Shown piece by piece: positions 13,155 through 26,447 of a stretch of DNA of 64,000 nt. The stretch is from assembly GCA_038087875.1 (NCBI GenBank), contig CM075994.1:3474001-3538000 (forward strand), given 5' to 3'. Numbering within the stretch: position 1 is the stretch's first letter; each line of letters opens with the position of its first letter. The notes beneath the pieces are model-generated. The model was not told where the DNA came from. It did not search any database and saw nothing but the letters and a program-made list of their open reading frames with translations. This stretch comes from Malacoraja senta. Lineage: Eukaryota. The translations under genes were made by a program, and so were the position numbers.

Positions 13155-15408
13155 AGCTATATGCTGCGTGGTGCTCCGCTTGGAGGTAGTGATCATAATA
13201 TGATTAGTTTTAATCTGCAATTTGAGAAGGAGATGGTTAATTCGGAAGTGGCAGTGATGCACCTGAACAAAGGGGATTATGAAGGCATGAGAGAGGAGCT
13301 GGCCAATGTAGACAGGAAAGGGATACTAGCAGGAATGACGGTGGAAAAGCAATGGCAGGAATATCTGGGCATAATCCGGAAGACACAGGATCATTTCATT
13401 CCAAAAAGGAGGAAAGATTCTAAGGGGAGTATGGGGCAACCGTGGCTGACAAGAGAAGTTAGGGATAGAATAAAATTAAAAGAAACGATTTATAACGCAG
13501 CAAAGAGTAGTCGGAAGCCAGAAGATTGGGAAACTTTCATAGGACAACAGAAGGAAACAAAACGGGCAATACGGGCTGAAAAGATGAAGTACGAAGGGAA
13601 GCTGGAAAGGAATATAAAGAAGGACAGTAAACGCTTATTTAGATATGTTAAGGGAAAAGAGTAGCAAAGTCAAATGTGGGTCCCTTGAAGGCAGACACGG
13701 GTGAAATTATTATGGGGAACAAGGAAATGGCAGAAGAGTTGAATAGGTACTTCGGATCTGTCTTCACTAAGGAAGACACAAACAATCTCACAGAAGTACT
13801 GGAGGACAGAGGATTTAAGGGGGTCGAGAAACTGAAGGAAATTTTTATTAGGCGAGAAATAGTACTGGGTAGGCTAATGGGACTGAAGGATGATAAATCC
13901 CCGGGGCCTGATGGACGGCATCCCATGGTCCTCTGGAGGTGGCTCTAGAAATAGTGGACGCATTGTTGATCATTTTCCAATGTTCAATAGATTCAGGATC
14001 AGTTAATGTTATCCCAGGTTTCAAGAAACGAGCGAGAGAGAAAACAGGGAATTACAGATCAGTTAGCCTGACTTCGGTGGTGGGAAAGATGTTGGACTCA
14101 ATTATTAAAGAGGTAATAATGGGGCATTTGGATAGAAGTAAATGGATTAGTCCAAGTCAGCATGGACTTTTGAAAGGAAATCATGCTTGACTAATCTTCT
14201 GGAATTTTTTGAGGATGTGACTAGTAAAATGGATGAAGGGGAGCCAGTGGATGTAGTGTATCTAGACTTTCAGAAAGCCTTTGATGAGGTCCCGCACGAG
14301 AGACTATTGACTAAAAGTAGAGCGCATTGTATTGGTGGTAGCGTGTTGACGTGGATAGAAAATTATTTGGCAGATAGGAAGCAAAGAGTAGGAGTGAACG
14401 GGTCCTTTTCAGAATGGCAGGCATTGGCGAGTGGAGTGCCGCAACGCTCGGTGTTGGGGCCGCAACTGTTTACCATATATATTAGTGATATGGAAGAGGT
14501 AATTATGAGCAACATTATCAAGTTTGCGGATGACACAAAGCTGGGTGGCAGTGTGAACTGTGAAGAGGATGTTAGGAGGTTGCAGTGTGAACTGGACAGC
14601 TTGAGAGAGTGGGTAGATGCGTGGCAGATGCAGTATAATATAGACAAACGTGACGTTATCCACTTTGGGGGCAAAAACAAGGGGGCAGATTATTATCTCA
14701 ATGGGGTTAGGTTAGGTAAGGGGGGAGGTACAGAGAGATCTGGGAGTCCTTGTACACCGGTCACTGAAAGTGCAGGTACAGCAGGCAGTGAAGAAAGCTA
14801 ATGGACTGTTGGCCTTCATAACAAGAGGATTTCAGTATAGGAGTAGAGAGGTTCTTCTGCAGTTATATGGGGCTCTGGTCCGACAACATCTGGAGTATTG
14901 CGTACAGTTTTGCTCTCCTAGGTTCACCAGATTGATCCCTGCGATGGCGGGACTGTCATATGAAGAAAGATTGAAAAGAATAGGCTTGTATTCACTGTAG
15001 TTTAGAAGGATGAGGGGGTGTCTTATAGAAACAGATACAATTATAAAAGGACTGGACAAGCTAGATGCAGGAAAAATGTTCCCAATGTTGGGCGAGTCCA
15101 GAACCAGGGGGCCACAGTCTTAGCATAAAGGGGAGGCCATTTAAGACTGAGGTGGGCACAAACGTTTTCACCCAGAGAGTTGTGAATTTGAGGAATTCCC
15201 TGCCACAGAGGGCAGTGGAGGCCAAATCACTGGATGGGTTTAAGAGAGAGTTAGATAGAGCTCTTGGGGCTAGTGGAATCAAGGGATATGGGGAGAAGGC
15301 AGGCACGGGTTATTGATTGGGGACGATCAGCCATGATCGCAATGAATGGCGGTGCTGGCTCGAAGGGCCGAATGGCCTCCTCCTTCACCTATTTTCTATG
15401 TTTCTATG
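13155..15408 (+). mobile_element. CR1 (HER1-like) LINE, 5'-truncated ORF2
   Basis: LGGSDHN, KSPGPDG, YLDFQKAFD, KFADDTKL; tail (TTTCTATG)n. Confidence 0.93.
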
Positions 15409-16415
15409 AAAATTGCAGGCTCAGTTACTGATTCATTAATGCATTTCACATGGACAAATTACTATTCGTTAATTATCACCTTCCCTCAAGTTCTGGTACA
15501 GTTTCGGAACTTCGTCTTCTTCTTTTTCAAGAAGGCTAAATCATGTTCAAAGAGTTTAAATCATGAACGAGGTCAAAGAAGTTTTCCGGCACTAAGTCCT
15601 GAGCTCATGGTAGATTGTGGATAGAATACAATTGTTTTCATTCGAGCGTATGTAAATGAACGATGACATTTCACAGATGCACATAATCATGAAATGATGT
15701 AGATATGGTGGATGCTCACAGCCATATCCCCAGAATAGGCGGATGTCAAACGAGAGGGCACAGATTCAATCTGCAGTTCTTTATGCCTCCACTCCAGCAC
15801 GGATTCAAGGTAAGGGGAGGAAGATTAAAAATGAAAAGTAGGGAGAACATTTTCACATTGAAAATAGAAGTAAGCTGCCACATGAATCTGTAAAGGATGA
15901 TACAATTGCAACATTTAAAATAAATTTAAACATGTAAATGGATGAGAATAATTGAGAAGGATATCGGCCAAACTGTGGAAAAGAAAAACACTAGCTCAGA
16001 GATATATCTCGACATGCATTGAGGATAATTCGCAGGTAATTGATCCACTCATGTTCATAAGAATTATATTGTCTATTTACTGAAACAAAAGAAGGGCCGC
16101 TTGTATAATTGTTAAACATGGTGCTCCAGCAGAAATGAGGATGCACTTATTTGTGAACATTTGAAATATTTTAGTTATTTTTGTGAAACAAGATACCGAA
16201 TGGGCTACGTTAATTTATATGAACTTGCTATTAGATGAAGATATTTTAGAAAAAGAATCAAACATTTGTATTTAACTTTATTTTAGTATTGATCCGTTTT
16301 TAAACAAAAAAATACATTGTATTCTCCTGAATGAAGTCAGTGTATCAAATATAACACCTTGAGGACAATCCAACAATAGCAAATATTTAAATTGTCTGTA
16401 CTTTCAATTATTCAG

Positions 16416-16442
16416 ACGAACAGACGAAAGAGAAGGATGCAG
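16416..16442 (+). CDS. Microexon 9 (27 nt); DEQTKEKDA
   Basis: ctttcaattattcAG|ACGAACAG…GATGCAG|GTgact. Confidence 0.85.
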
Positions 16443-16865
16443 GTGACTGAAAATTTCAGCAAGATATGTAGATATTGTATTATTGAGAGATTATTTCAAG
16501 GTTTCTATTTGCGTGGGATTTGTTAGATGATATTACTCACAAATATGTGAGTAGAATAGAAGGTATTTGCCATCCGAATATATTACTAAGACCTCGGATA
16601 TTTTCTGTAACATTCCTGTGATAAAGTCCAACAAAAAATCCCAATCTCCCCCTAAATGGCTTCTGGAGACCAAGGAATGACGACAACGCCTTAGGTTGTG
16701 GAGCGTGGTGCATTCGAAGAATATTCACCGCCCCAAATCTTGCGACATATATGCAAAGAATATGTAATTTTAATCCCTTTAAACCAGCTGAGAATATAAT
16801 AATAACAAGCAGACGGGATTGTTTGAAGCTATCTCGAAAGCATGAAATAAAATAAATTATATAGA

Positions 16866-17062
16866 GATGGGGGGATGGAGTGAGGTAGGGAGGAAGGGAG
16901 GGAGGGGGAAGTGAGGGAGGAGGGACGGAGGGAGGGAGGGAGGGAGGGAGGGAGGGAGGGAGGGAGGGAGGGAGGGAGGGAGGGAGGGTGGGAGGGAGGG
17001 AGGGAGGGAGGGTGGGGGGAAGGAACGAACGAGGGAAAGAGGGAAAGAGGGAAGGAGGGAAG
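16866..17062. repeat. (GGGA)n polypurine tract
   Basis: Direct reading. Confidence 0.95.
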
Positions 17063-18680
17063 GACTGAAGTCTGATAAATCCCCAGGGCCTGATGGTCTG
17101 CATCCCGGGGTACTTAAGGATGCCTCTAGAGATTTCCAGAGCATCCCCGGGTGGCTCGAGAAATCGTGGGCTCATTGGTGATCATTTTCAAATGTTCTAC
17201 AGATTCAGGATCAGTTCCTGTGCATTGGAGGGTAGCTAATGTTATCCCACTTTTTTAAGAAAGGCGGAAGAAAGAAAACAGGGAGTTATAGACCAGTTAC
17301 CCTGACATCGGTTGTGGAGAAGATGCTAGAGTCAATCATAAAAGATGAAATAGCGGCATATTTGGATAGCAGTAACAGGATCGGTCCGAGTCAGCATGGA
17401 TTTACGAAGGGGGAAATCATGCTTGACTAATCTTCTGGAGTTTTTTGAGGATGTAACTAGGAAAATGGACGGGCGATCCAGTAGATGGACTTTAAGAAAA
17501 CATTTGTTATGGTCCCACATAGGAGATTATTGGACAATTATAGGGCACATGGTAATGGGGGTAGAGTGCCTGATATGGGTAGAAAATTGGTTGGTAGAGA
17601 GGAAACAAAGAGTAGGGAATAACTTGCCCCTTTCAGAATGGCAGGCAGTGACTAGTGGGGTACCGCAAGGCTCGGTGCTGGGACTGCAGCTATTTACAAT
17701 ATGTATTATGATTTAGATGAAAGAATTACAAGTAACATTAGCAAATTTGCAGCTAAAAAAAATCTGGGTGGCAGTGTGAACTGAGAGGGGGGTGCTATGA
17801 GAATCCAGGTTGACTTGGACAGGTTGGGTGAGTGGGCAGATGCATGGCAGATGCAGTTTAATGTGGATCAATGTGATGTTATCCACTTCGGTAGCAAAAA
17901 CAGGAAGGCAGAGTATTATCTAAATGGTGCCAAGTTGGGAAAAGGGGAAGTACACGGGATCTGGGGATCCTTGTTCATCAGTCAATGAAAGTAAGCATGC
18001 AGGTACACCAGTTAGTAAAGAAAGCGAATGGCATGTTGGCCTTTATAACAAGAGTAGTTGAGTATAAGAGCAAAGAGGTTCTACTGCAGTTTTACAGGGC
18101 CCCAAGTGAGACCCACACACCTGGAGGTTTGTGTGCAGTTTTGGTCTCCAAATTTGAGGAAGGACATTCTTGCTATTGAGGGAGTGCAGCGCAGGTTCAC
18201 GAGGTTAATCCCCGGGATGCGGGACTGTCACGTGTTGATAGAATGGAGCGGCTGGGCTTAAATCCCGTGGAATTTAGAAGGATGAGAGGGGATCTTATTG
18301 AAACGTATAACATTATTAAGGCTTTGGACACGCTAGAGGCAGGAAACATGTTCCCGATGTTGGGGGGTCCAATACCAGGGGCCACAATTTAAGAATAAGG
18401 GGTAAGCCATTTTGAACGGAGATGAGGAAACACTGTTTCACACAGAGAGTTGTGAGTCTGTGGAATTCTCTGCCTCATAGGGCGGTGGAGGCCGGTTCTC
18501 TGGAAACTTTCAAGAGAGAGCTAGATAGGGCTCTTGAAGATAGCGGAGTCAGGGGATATGGAGAGAAGGCAGGAATGGGGTCCTGATTGTGGATCATCTG
18601 CCATGATCACATTGAATGGCGGTGCTGGCTTGAAGGGCCCTATGGCCTACTCCTGCACCTATTGTCAATTGCCTATTATC
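17063..18680 (+). mobile_element. CR1 (HER1-like) LINE, 5'-truncated
   Basis: KSPGPDG, SCLTNLLEFFEDVT, GVPQGSVLG, CVQFWSP; 3' tail. Confidence 0.92.
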
Positions 18681-19004
18681 ACATTGCTGCTCTGCAGCAT
18701 CAGCAGGGTACCTGTGGTCTGAAAACATCGGGTCGTGTCCTTGTTCCTTTCCTGAAATAAGACACTCTAACCTGTTCGTTGAAATATTCAATTTTGTTGC
18801 ACTCCATCAGACTTTAGAAGAAGCCGTGCCACACGTAGTAAGTAGTTGGGTGTTTTGCACTCATTGCTTTTCAATATGACGAAATAAGAAGACGTGTCTC
18901 TGTTTTTTTCTCACTATTCCACACACATATCAAGTACGCCTCGTGTACTGAACATGAAGGGTATAATTCATTCCAATTGACCGATTTTTATTTTTGATTT
19001 GCAG

Positions 19005-19028
19005 AAGAATCAGGATCATCATCTGAAG
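19005..19028 (+). CDS. Microexon 10 (24 nt); EESGSSSE
   Basis: tttatttttgatttgcAG|AAGAATCA…TCTGAAG|GTaaaa. Confidence 0.85.
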
Positions 19029-19639
19029 GTAAAAATATGCATTTAGTTTTCTCAATTTTATAATGTATATGGTATGGTATTAATTTATCGTTTAAAAACG
19101 CGCCCCAATACACTTCCACCAAAATCTCAGCGAAAATGGCAAACATTTACACACCTTAAAAGCGCTGGGATGATTTCCACAAATTGAAAAATATGAAACG
19201 AAAGAAACACAGAGTTTATTAGCATGCTGACATGGTAACAACCATCCTTTCAATGTCAGCTAAGCAAAGTAGTTGGCCAACGACTTACGAAAGTGGATGG
19301 AAAATATGCCTGGACTGCAGTCGTGGAACTAAAGTGCGCCTGTAAACAGTACATATCAACAAAATATTATCCTGGCCTAACCATATTGAAGCTGTGGCCA
19401 AAAGGCACAACCACGGCTCTACTTTTTGAGATGAATATTCGGCATGTCTCCAACCACTTACCAATTTCTACATAAACCCCATGAAATGCTTGATATGGTA
19501 ACTCCTTTGCCCAAAACCGCAAGCAATTGCAGAGATACCGGAAATTGCAGATGCTTGAAATCAAGCAAAATACCTCCCGGAAGAACGCAGTGGGTCATCT
19601 GAGCTAGGAATGAACAAATGGCATGAGGGAGGGAACGAA

Positions 19640-20070
19640 GCTTGTCACTTCGTGAAATTGCAGAGAACTGTGGAAATGAACCTGTCCATCACTACCCGCA
19701 AACTGCCCGCTCTACCCTTCACACATTTATCGACCCAATCTTTACTTCACATTGCCTAGCGAAAGCACTCGATATAATCAAGGACCAGTGGCACCCTGTG
19801 CATTATTTCGTCTTCAAACGCTTGACAGCATGTACCACTAGATTCAAAACAGCTTCATCAGAGCGCTCACCTCACATGCTAATGACGAATGCCTTATCTC
19901 CCAATCTCCTAGTTGCCCTTTCACACTTTCTCTGTCTGCATTTGCTATGCAGCTGTAATGTTTTATTCGACACCCCATTTATTTTCACTTTTCTATTACC
20001 AGTGGTATTCGTGTGAGATATGATTGCACTCATCCATTGTATCTCAGTGGAGCGTGACAGTAACAAGCCA
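19640..20070 (+). mobile_element. Old Rex1/Babar-like LINE 3' remnant
   Basis: CLAKALDIIKDQWHP…TTRFK resembles the Rex1 C-terminus at 9029-9526. Confidence 0.55.
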
Positions 20071-20224
20071 ATACCATTTTTTCAATCTGATCTTCCACTA
20101 TTAGGTGTAAAGGGTAGGAATGATGGGTGTGGGTAAGAGCGGGCAATGCAGACAAAATATCTATCTCTATTAATTTTTGGATTCATCCGCGTGAGCGTCA
20201 GATTTAGCTGAATTGCAAATTACC

Positions 20225-20600
20225 CAAAGATAGATACAAAATGCTGGAGTAATTCAGCGGGGCAGGCAGCATCTCTGGAGTAAATTGCGACCTTTCGGGT
20301 CGGGACCCTTCTTCAGACGCGTTGTGGAGAGGGGAGGGGAGAAACTGGAGGTGAGATAAAAACACAGGACAAATCGGGCACCGCAACAGATGACTGCAGG
20401 TAAGTTGGTTCCCTGATAGGCCGATCTTAGGCTAAAACGATGTGATTCCAAGACGGATACGTTGTTGCGTACTGTTAAATGTTACTCGACAGTTAGTGGA
20501 GGAGGCCGAGGAAATTCTGGGGTTGGGGGAGGGGGAATAAGCTGTAGAAGTGAACAAATTGAGAGAACAACCCAAGCGAAGTATGAGGCGCTGTTAATTT
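20225..20600 (-). mobile_element. Penelope-derived repeat fragment
   Basis: atgctggagtaattcagcggggcaggcagcatctctggag…cgggtcgggacccttcttcagac. Confidence 0.7.
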
Positions 20601-20756
20601 AAGTTCTCCTACTTACGTTTCATTCAGCATACTGTCCAACAGTGTGCATACCTTCAGAAAATACACGAAAAGGCGTCTAAACTTAAAAATCTCTGATAAA
20701 AAAATATGAAGATGAAAGTGTAACGTTCATGTCCATTCCATCTTTTTTAATTATAG

Positions 20757-20780
20757 AAGACATAGGCGTAACAGATGAAG
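20757..20780 (+). CDS. Microexon 11 (24 nt); EDIGVTDE
   Basis: tcttttttaattatAG|AAGACATA…GATGAAG|GTaaag. Confidence 0.85.
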
Positions 20781-21109
20781 GTAAAGTGTTTAGCGTTGCG
20801 TGTTTTATAATGTTTTCAGGTGGAAATTATATTGTCCGTGCTATTATTCTTAACATACGCTGAACGGGTTTCGCGCTCTAAATTTCGCCAGATATCGGCG
20901 AAATTTTGAACTAAGATGCCTAAGAGTTTGGCGAATGCAGGTTTTAGGTACATTTACAATATTCCACCGTGAATTTCCATGATTTACAGCCACTATTCCT
21001 AGGAACCGTCACATTTAAGTGGCTCCTTATTCGTAGACCCTTTTTTTTCTGCGGACAAATTAAAGTGGAACGATATGAGGGATGTAAAACCGAAATGAAC
21101 ATCGTTCTG

Positions 21110-21245
21110 CGTAGGAAAGAAATGCAGATTCTGGTTTAAACCGAAGATAGACACAAAATGCTGAAGTAACTCAGCGGGACAGGCGGCATCTGTGGAGAGA
21201 AGGAATAGGTGACGTTTCGGGTCGAGACCCATCTGCAGACTGAAA
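21110..21245 (-). mobile_element. Penelope-derived terminal repeat fragment
   Basis: Same terminal motif as at 3975-4075. Confidence 0.7.
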
Positions 21246-22036
21246 GTCAAGGGAAATGAGAGATTTCGACGATGATGTAGAGAGATGCATATCTTGTATT
21301 CCTTTGTTCTATATCTCTTGAACACCATTTTTATCCTCAGGCGGATTGTTCGACAATTTAGTCAAAAATCAACATTTGCTATGATCGGAGAGCCCAGACA
21401 ACCGGGAAAATATGACGAACCTGTCCCTCGAGTCAAATTAATGCTTGAGGACGTGGCAAACAAAATCAACTGCACTCCACAATATGTAAATATAATATAG
21501 AACTTATTTGCAAATCTAATGCATTAAATTGGGCCATAACTGATAGCGAGGAAGCTATGAATTATCCCTCCGCAATAATCCACACCAGTCAATGTTCAGC
21601 ATTTAATATGCAACCAGTGGCCTGGAATCCCTCCAATGATAAAGGGACTCCCAGTAAAACAATACGTGCATTTCTGTTACTCTAGCTGTCCGCCACTTTT
21701 ATCTGAACTTATTGTACCTCTCTTCCAGTTCATCTGAAGCTTTACGACTGCTGAATCACGGATGTCTGATTAGTTCTACATCTTGCAGATAACTGCATGA
21801 TATTATGTATCAGCGTTTAAGAGCCGTTTAGATAGGCGCATGAATATGCAAGGAGTGGAGGTATTTGGATCATTTGCAGGCAGATGATATTAGATTGTCG
21901 TCATCATGTTCGGCAGCAGCGTCTTGGGCTGAGTGAGGTAATCCCTTGCTGTACTGTCCTGTGCTGTATGTTCTATCATTAGTTTGCTGCGTGGAGATCA
22001 TGTTCTCGGGTTATAATGAACATGTTTCAACTATAG

Positions 22037-22063
22037 AGGAAAGAATATCTCGTCAAGAAAATG
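22037..22063 (+). CDS. Microexon 12 (27 nt); EERISRQEN
   Basis: catgtttcaactatAG|AGGAAAGA…GAAAATG|GTgagc. Confidence 0.78.
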
Positions 22064-23836
22064 GTGAGCAAGACTAACATTCGAAAATTATCGTAGTGAT
22101 AAATTGGAACTTATTTAATGAAGGCTACCGAGAATGAACATTATTCAACGTTATGTTTCAATTTAACAATTATCAAACCCTGTTCCGATGAATTTGCTCA
22201 CGTTGCTGTACATATAACCATTGTTATGGTACGTAGCTTGTTCTTTTGCATAGTAACTTATATTTTGCAGTCCACGATGACACGTCCAAGCGGCAAACTT
22301 CGGCGTTCATGATATATCTTTACACACAATGTTTCTCGGTATCCATGACTAAAATGTAATTTTGCTTCATTTGTGCACATCATAAGCTGTAAGAAATACT
22401 ATTATCTTCCTCCGAAATAAACGAAACCGAGAAATTTGCTCTGTAGTGTAGAACTGATGGGAGCAGATAATTAACATGTGGAATAATATTAAGGATTGTA
22501 CAAATCCGATTTATCAAAAGACAGTACGGCATCTAACAAAATCCAGTCTACACATTTGACTGCACATCTTGTATGTGTATGTGACAAATAAAGTTGACTT
22601 GACTTACTCATTATTAGGTGTCACCAAGTCACTTCCCTTGATATGTCCGTTTTTTCCATCTTAATCCACCGTTTGTCTTACATCACAAGAGGAGATTTGG
22701 CAATATTGGTGGATTACTACCTACCAGTAAGTTCTACTTGCAATGTTCTCAGCAATTCAGTCTTGGGCGGTACTTGAGTTTGACCTTCACAGTAACACAT
22801 CTCAATAGAAAAGTCAAATAATTTAACAAAGGCTCTACTTGCAAACTTCTTCTTACATTAAGGGCATTAACATTCCAGGGTGCCCATAATATTCAGGGAT
22901 GTACACAGACTAAAAAAATCTACTCGGAAACAATTTCGGCAGTCGGAGGCAAATTGTGTTGCAGGGAGTGAATAAACCTCAGTTGATTTTTGAGTTTTAA
23001 ACTTTAAATTAAAAAAAAAAATGATGATACGTGCGAGGTATGCGCATCCCCCGTACCACCTCCATGTACGCGCACGTGTTTCCTCCCAAATTTGATTTGA
23101 TTGATTAAAGAACCAAAACAGAGTTAGGATACCCTCCGAAGGTAAACTTGCCAAATTCTATGTTCTGTCTCAATGGATGTGCAGAGATATCATTGTCCCG
23201 ATATAATCAAAAAGGATAATAGGCACAATTAATTTATTAGTATAGGCTGAGAGCCACACAGTTTAAATCGTTCCCTTACTTATTCCATGGTCTTCTGCAG
23301 AAATCAGTAAGATTTTGAACAATGTGATGCGCTGATCATGCGATCCAATGTATTGAAAATCGCGTTTAACCTGACATATGCAAGATGTCGACTTAGTTCC
23401 TTGCCGCACAAACCGGCCATGGCACAATATAGGAGTAAATTACACTACCATGTTTTGGTTTTAGTAACTGTGTTTAGAAAGGGGTTCCAGTTGATAATTA
23501 ACATCAAGAGCTGTTTATTTATAGTAAGCGCACCCTAATCGGAAGATAATAGCCACAGCGTGCTCTGCCGCATAGGCATTAGAACAACAGGTGGGTGAGC
23601 CTGCGACTGCAAATCGAATTTTAAAAATATATGGACCAGAGTTTTACGTGCCATGAGTTTAAAAAGCTGAAAGGCGCAATTTCCTTTTGCGGTATACGCA
23701 GGTTTATTGCGGAAAGCTGTAAACTTTGTTTCGAAGTCGACTTTCGCACAAAGAAGAAGCAGCAATCATGACGAAAAAGATGCAAGTAAAATCATACCGT
23801 TGCATAAAATTAATTCACTTGCTACGTGTATTTTAG

Positions 23837-23863
23837 AAGAAGAACTGCGATTGAAAGACGCAG
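23837..23863 (+). CDS. Microexon 13 (27 nt); EEELRLKDA
   Basis: gtgtattttAG|AAGAAGAA…GACGCAG|GTaacc. Confidence 0.88.
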
Positions 23864-24624
23864 GTAACCGTATAGACGTTTTACAAACAGAAATGCACAG
23901 TATCGCATAACCACTTACGTAGGATTTTTTTTTTCACATACGGCATGGGTTTATCAAAGCGCCCCACGGGTTCAGCCATTTTGAAAAGCTTAGATATTTC
24001 GAAGACACATAGTGTATTTTGAGAAAAAGGTGGCAGAAGGGAATAATGGCGGCATGTGAGGCTGGCCCTCCCTGTCCGCGCAGCTGCATTGAGCGGACGC
24101 AGCTGCAATGCTGGATGGATATTGAAAGCTTCTCTGTGCAAAATCTAAGTAAAGCAGGGACAAATCTCAAAAAGAAAATTCGCGAGACGCTGCGGATTCA
24201 ATGTGATCCGTCCTGTTGCGCCTTGCAGCTTCTACCTGGTTACATTTATTGATATGAGCAGATGGCAAAGTAACAATAGGATTGCTCATTGCATTGGCAT
24301 TCATAAGGAAGTTAACAGCGATATGAACAATGCTTTCAGGATGTAGAAAGGGATAGAATCGAAGATGAGAAACTACACGTGGTTGTTGAGTTATGCGAGA
24401 AATTAAGACCACCAGGTCAAAATGTAAAATGAACTAAACTGAAATATATGTATTTAAAAGAAATATTTCCATTTTAGCAGCTAAATTCTCTCTCTCGCGC
24501 GCACGCCAGCTCTCGCTCGCTCTCCCGCTCTCTCGCTCTCTCCCGCTCTCTTCCGCTCTCTCTCTCTCATTTCCGTTGCTGCCATTCTCTCTCACTAATG
24601 ATATATTTTTCTCAACAATTCCAG

Positions 24625-24660
24625 AAATAAAACGATTGGGGAGACTTTTAATTGATGCAG
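24625..24660 (+). CDS. Microexon 14 (36 nt); EIKRLGRLLIDA
   Basis: tttttctcaacaattccAG|AAATAAAA…GATGCAG|GTcaga. Confidence 0.85.
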
Positions 24661-25729
24661 GTCAGAAAACACAAACATTATTTGATTCGTAAATAATTTT
24701 AATAAACAGATGTTGGCAGTGTTTTTACTTGAGTATTATTTAAAATTAGTTATCATCAGGGTTAATTGAGCATTCGTGAGAGAATATCTGAATATGCCTA
24801 GAGCTTTGGCATAATACTGTCTTCACAGATGGTGCGCTAGATTTACATTTTAATTGTGTCACGTAAGTCCTGGAGTTGTGCGTGCGTTCTCTCGATTCTC
24901 TACTGTCGTAAAATGAAATTTCGAACTGATACGAGCTGTGCATTAAGCAAACACTGCGAGAAACAGAACCATTCTTCGGAGAAATTAAACCTCTCTTCAG
25001 AGGTAATGCTTTTATGAAAATCAGATGACTGTGATTTGCATGTTGGACAAAGAGCAAAAAGGTAAGGGTAATGGTTTCACCGGGACATCCCAGCGAGCGA
25101 GGAATGCCATTTTGACAGTTACACATTAAGAAATTGCAGTGTATAATGTTATTCCACATTTTTAATATACATTTAAATGTATATTAAAAAAGAGGGAATA
25201 CTGTATTATGAAAAAAAATCACTATCGGCAACACCATTTATATATATACCTTTCAAACGCTATAAAGATGGCGTCAGATATATGTAGGCGCTTATACTGT
25301 GCTGCCACCTAATAGTCTCTGATTTGTAACGAATAGCCTGTTAGTCCAACCCGGATGAGGCTATAAAGGATCGTTGATGGCCACTAGATTAATTTTTGTT
25401 TCTTTCCACAGTTGATCAAACCAGCTCAAAAATGTACTGAAAGGAGCAACTAATTGAAGTATATGTATTCTAAAGGATCCTGCTTGTCTGATCAATAATC
25501 ATTATACTGAAATATTTCAGACAGGACCAAGGCTAGCCCTTCTAAATCTTACTGACATGTAATTACTTTACGTGAGAGATCTCCTGGCAAGAATATCTGA
25601 TTCGTATGGGTTTCGTATATGCAAAGAATTACGGCAGCGGTGAGCGGTGGTGAGAGGATTATCCGAGGTTAGACCTTGGCTTTCATTGAAAAACTGAGTA
25701 GCTGGAGTTTACCTGAGTAGCTGGTGACC

Positions 25730-26447
25730 ATGCCTCCGAAGAAGGTAATAACAACGGAGGATAGCGACGAAATAAAAAGAGCGCTGGAGTTCTTGTCGGA
25801 GGAGATTTCTGCTGTCAAAAAACAGCAGAAAGCCATCCTCGACCTCGTGGCGGAGGTAAGGGATCTTCGGATCCAGAGCGCCGAAAAGGACCGGAGACTG
25901 GTGTTCCTGGAGAGCAGAGTTGCAGATCTGGAGCAGTACACCAGAGAGAACAACATCATCATTACCGGGCTCAGTATAAAGCCCCGGTCATACGCACGGG
26001 CGGTGACTGACGAAAACGGGGGGGGAGCCCGGGGAAATGGACACAAGCTCCACGGAGCAACAGGTGGCGGCCTTCCTGCAGTCGAAAGGTATACAAGTAG
26101 ACTGCGATAACATCGAGGCTTGTCACCCACTGCCCAGGAAAAAATCGAAAGATGTTAAAAATAGTGATGACAAACCTGCCATCATAATAAGGTTTGTAAG
26201 CAGGAAATATAAAGTCAGTCTCCTAAAACAAGGAAGAAAGCTGAAGGGAACAAAAGTATACATGAATGAGCACCTAACAAAACGAAATGCCGATATAGCC
26301 CGACAAGCACGATACCTTAAGAAACAAAAAAATATATTAAATACCTGGACTGCAAACTGTAAAATCTTTATTAAATTAAATGGAACACCAGAGGAAGCCA
26401 AAGTGCTGGTCATCAGAGATAATGCAGACCTGGACACATACCAATGA
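25730..26447 (+). pseudogene. LINE ORF1, one frameshift in a G-run near 26020
   Basis: Track ORFs 25724-26110 and 26037-26447 join if the G8 run is G7. Confidence 0.8.

Noticed and set aside
16000..16035. 36-nt AG…GT segment as a microexon
   Set aside because: In-frame TGA in phase 1, and no pyrimidine tract.
16537..17175. 212-aa Pro/Ser/Leu-rich ORF
   Set aside because: Antisense translation of the (GGGA)n tract.
22690..22732. GTAAGT donor with nearby AGs
   Set aside because: Possible lengths are 37, 35 or 32 nt; none fits the frame.
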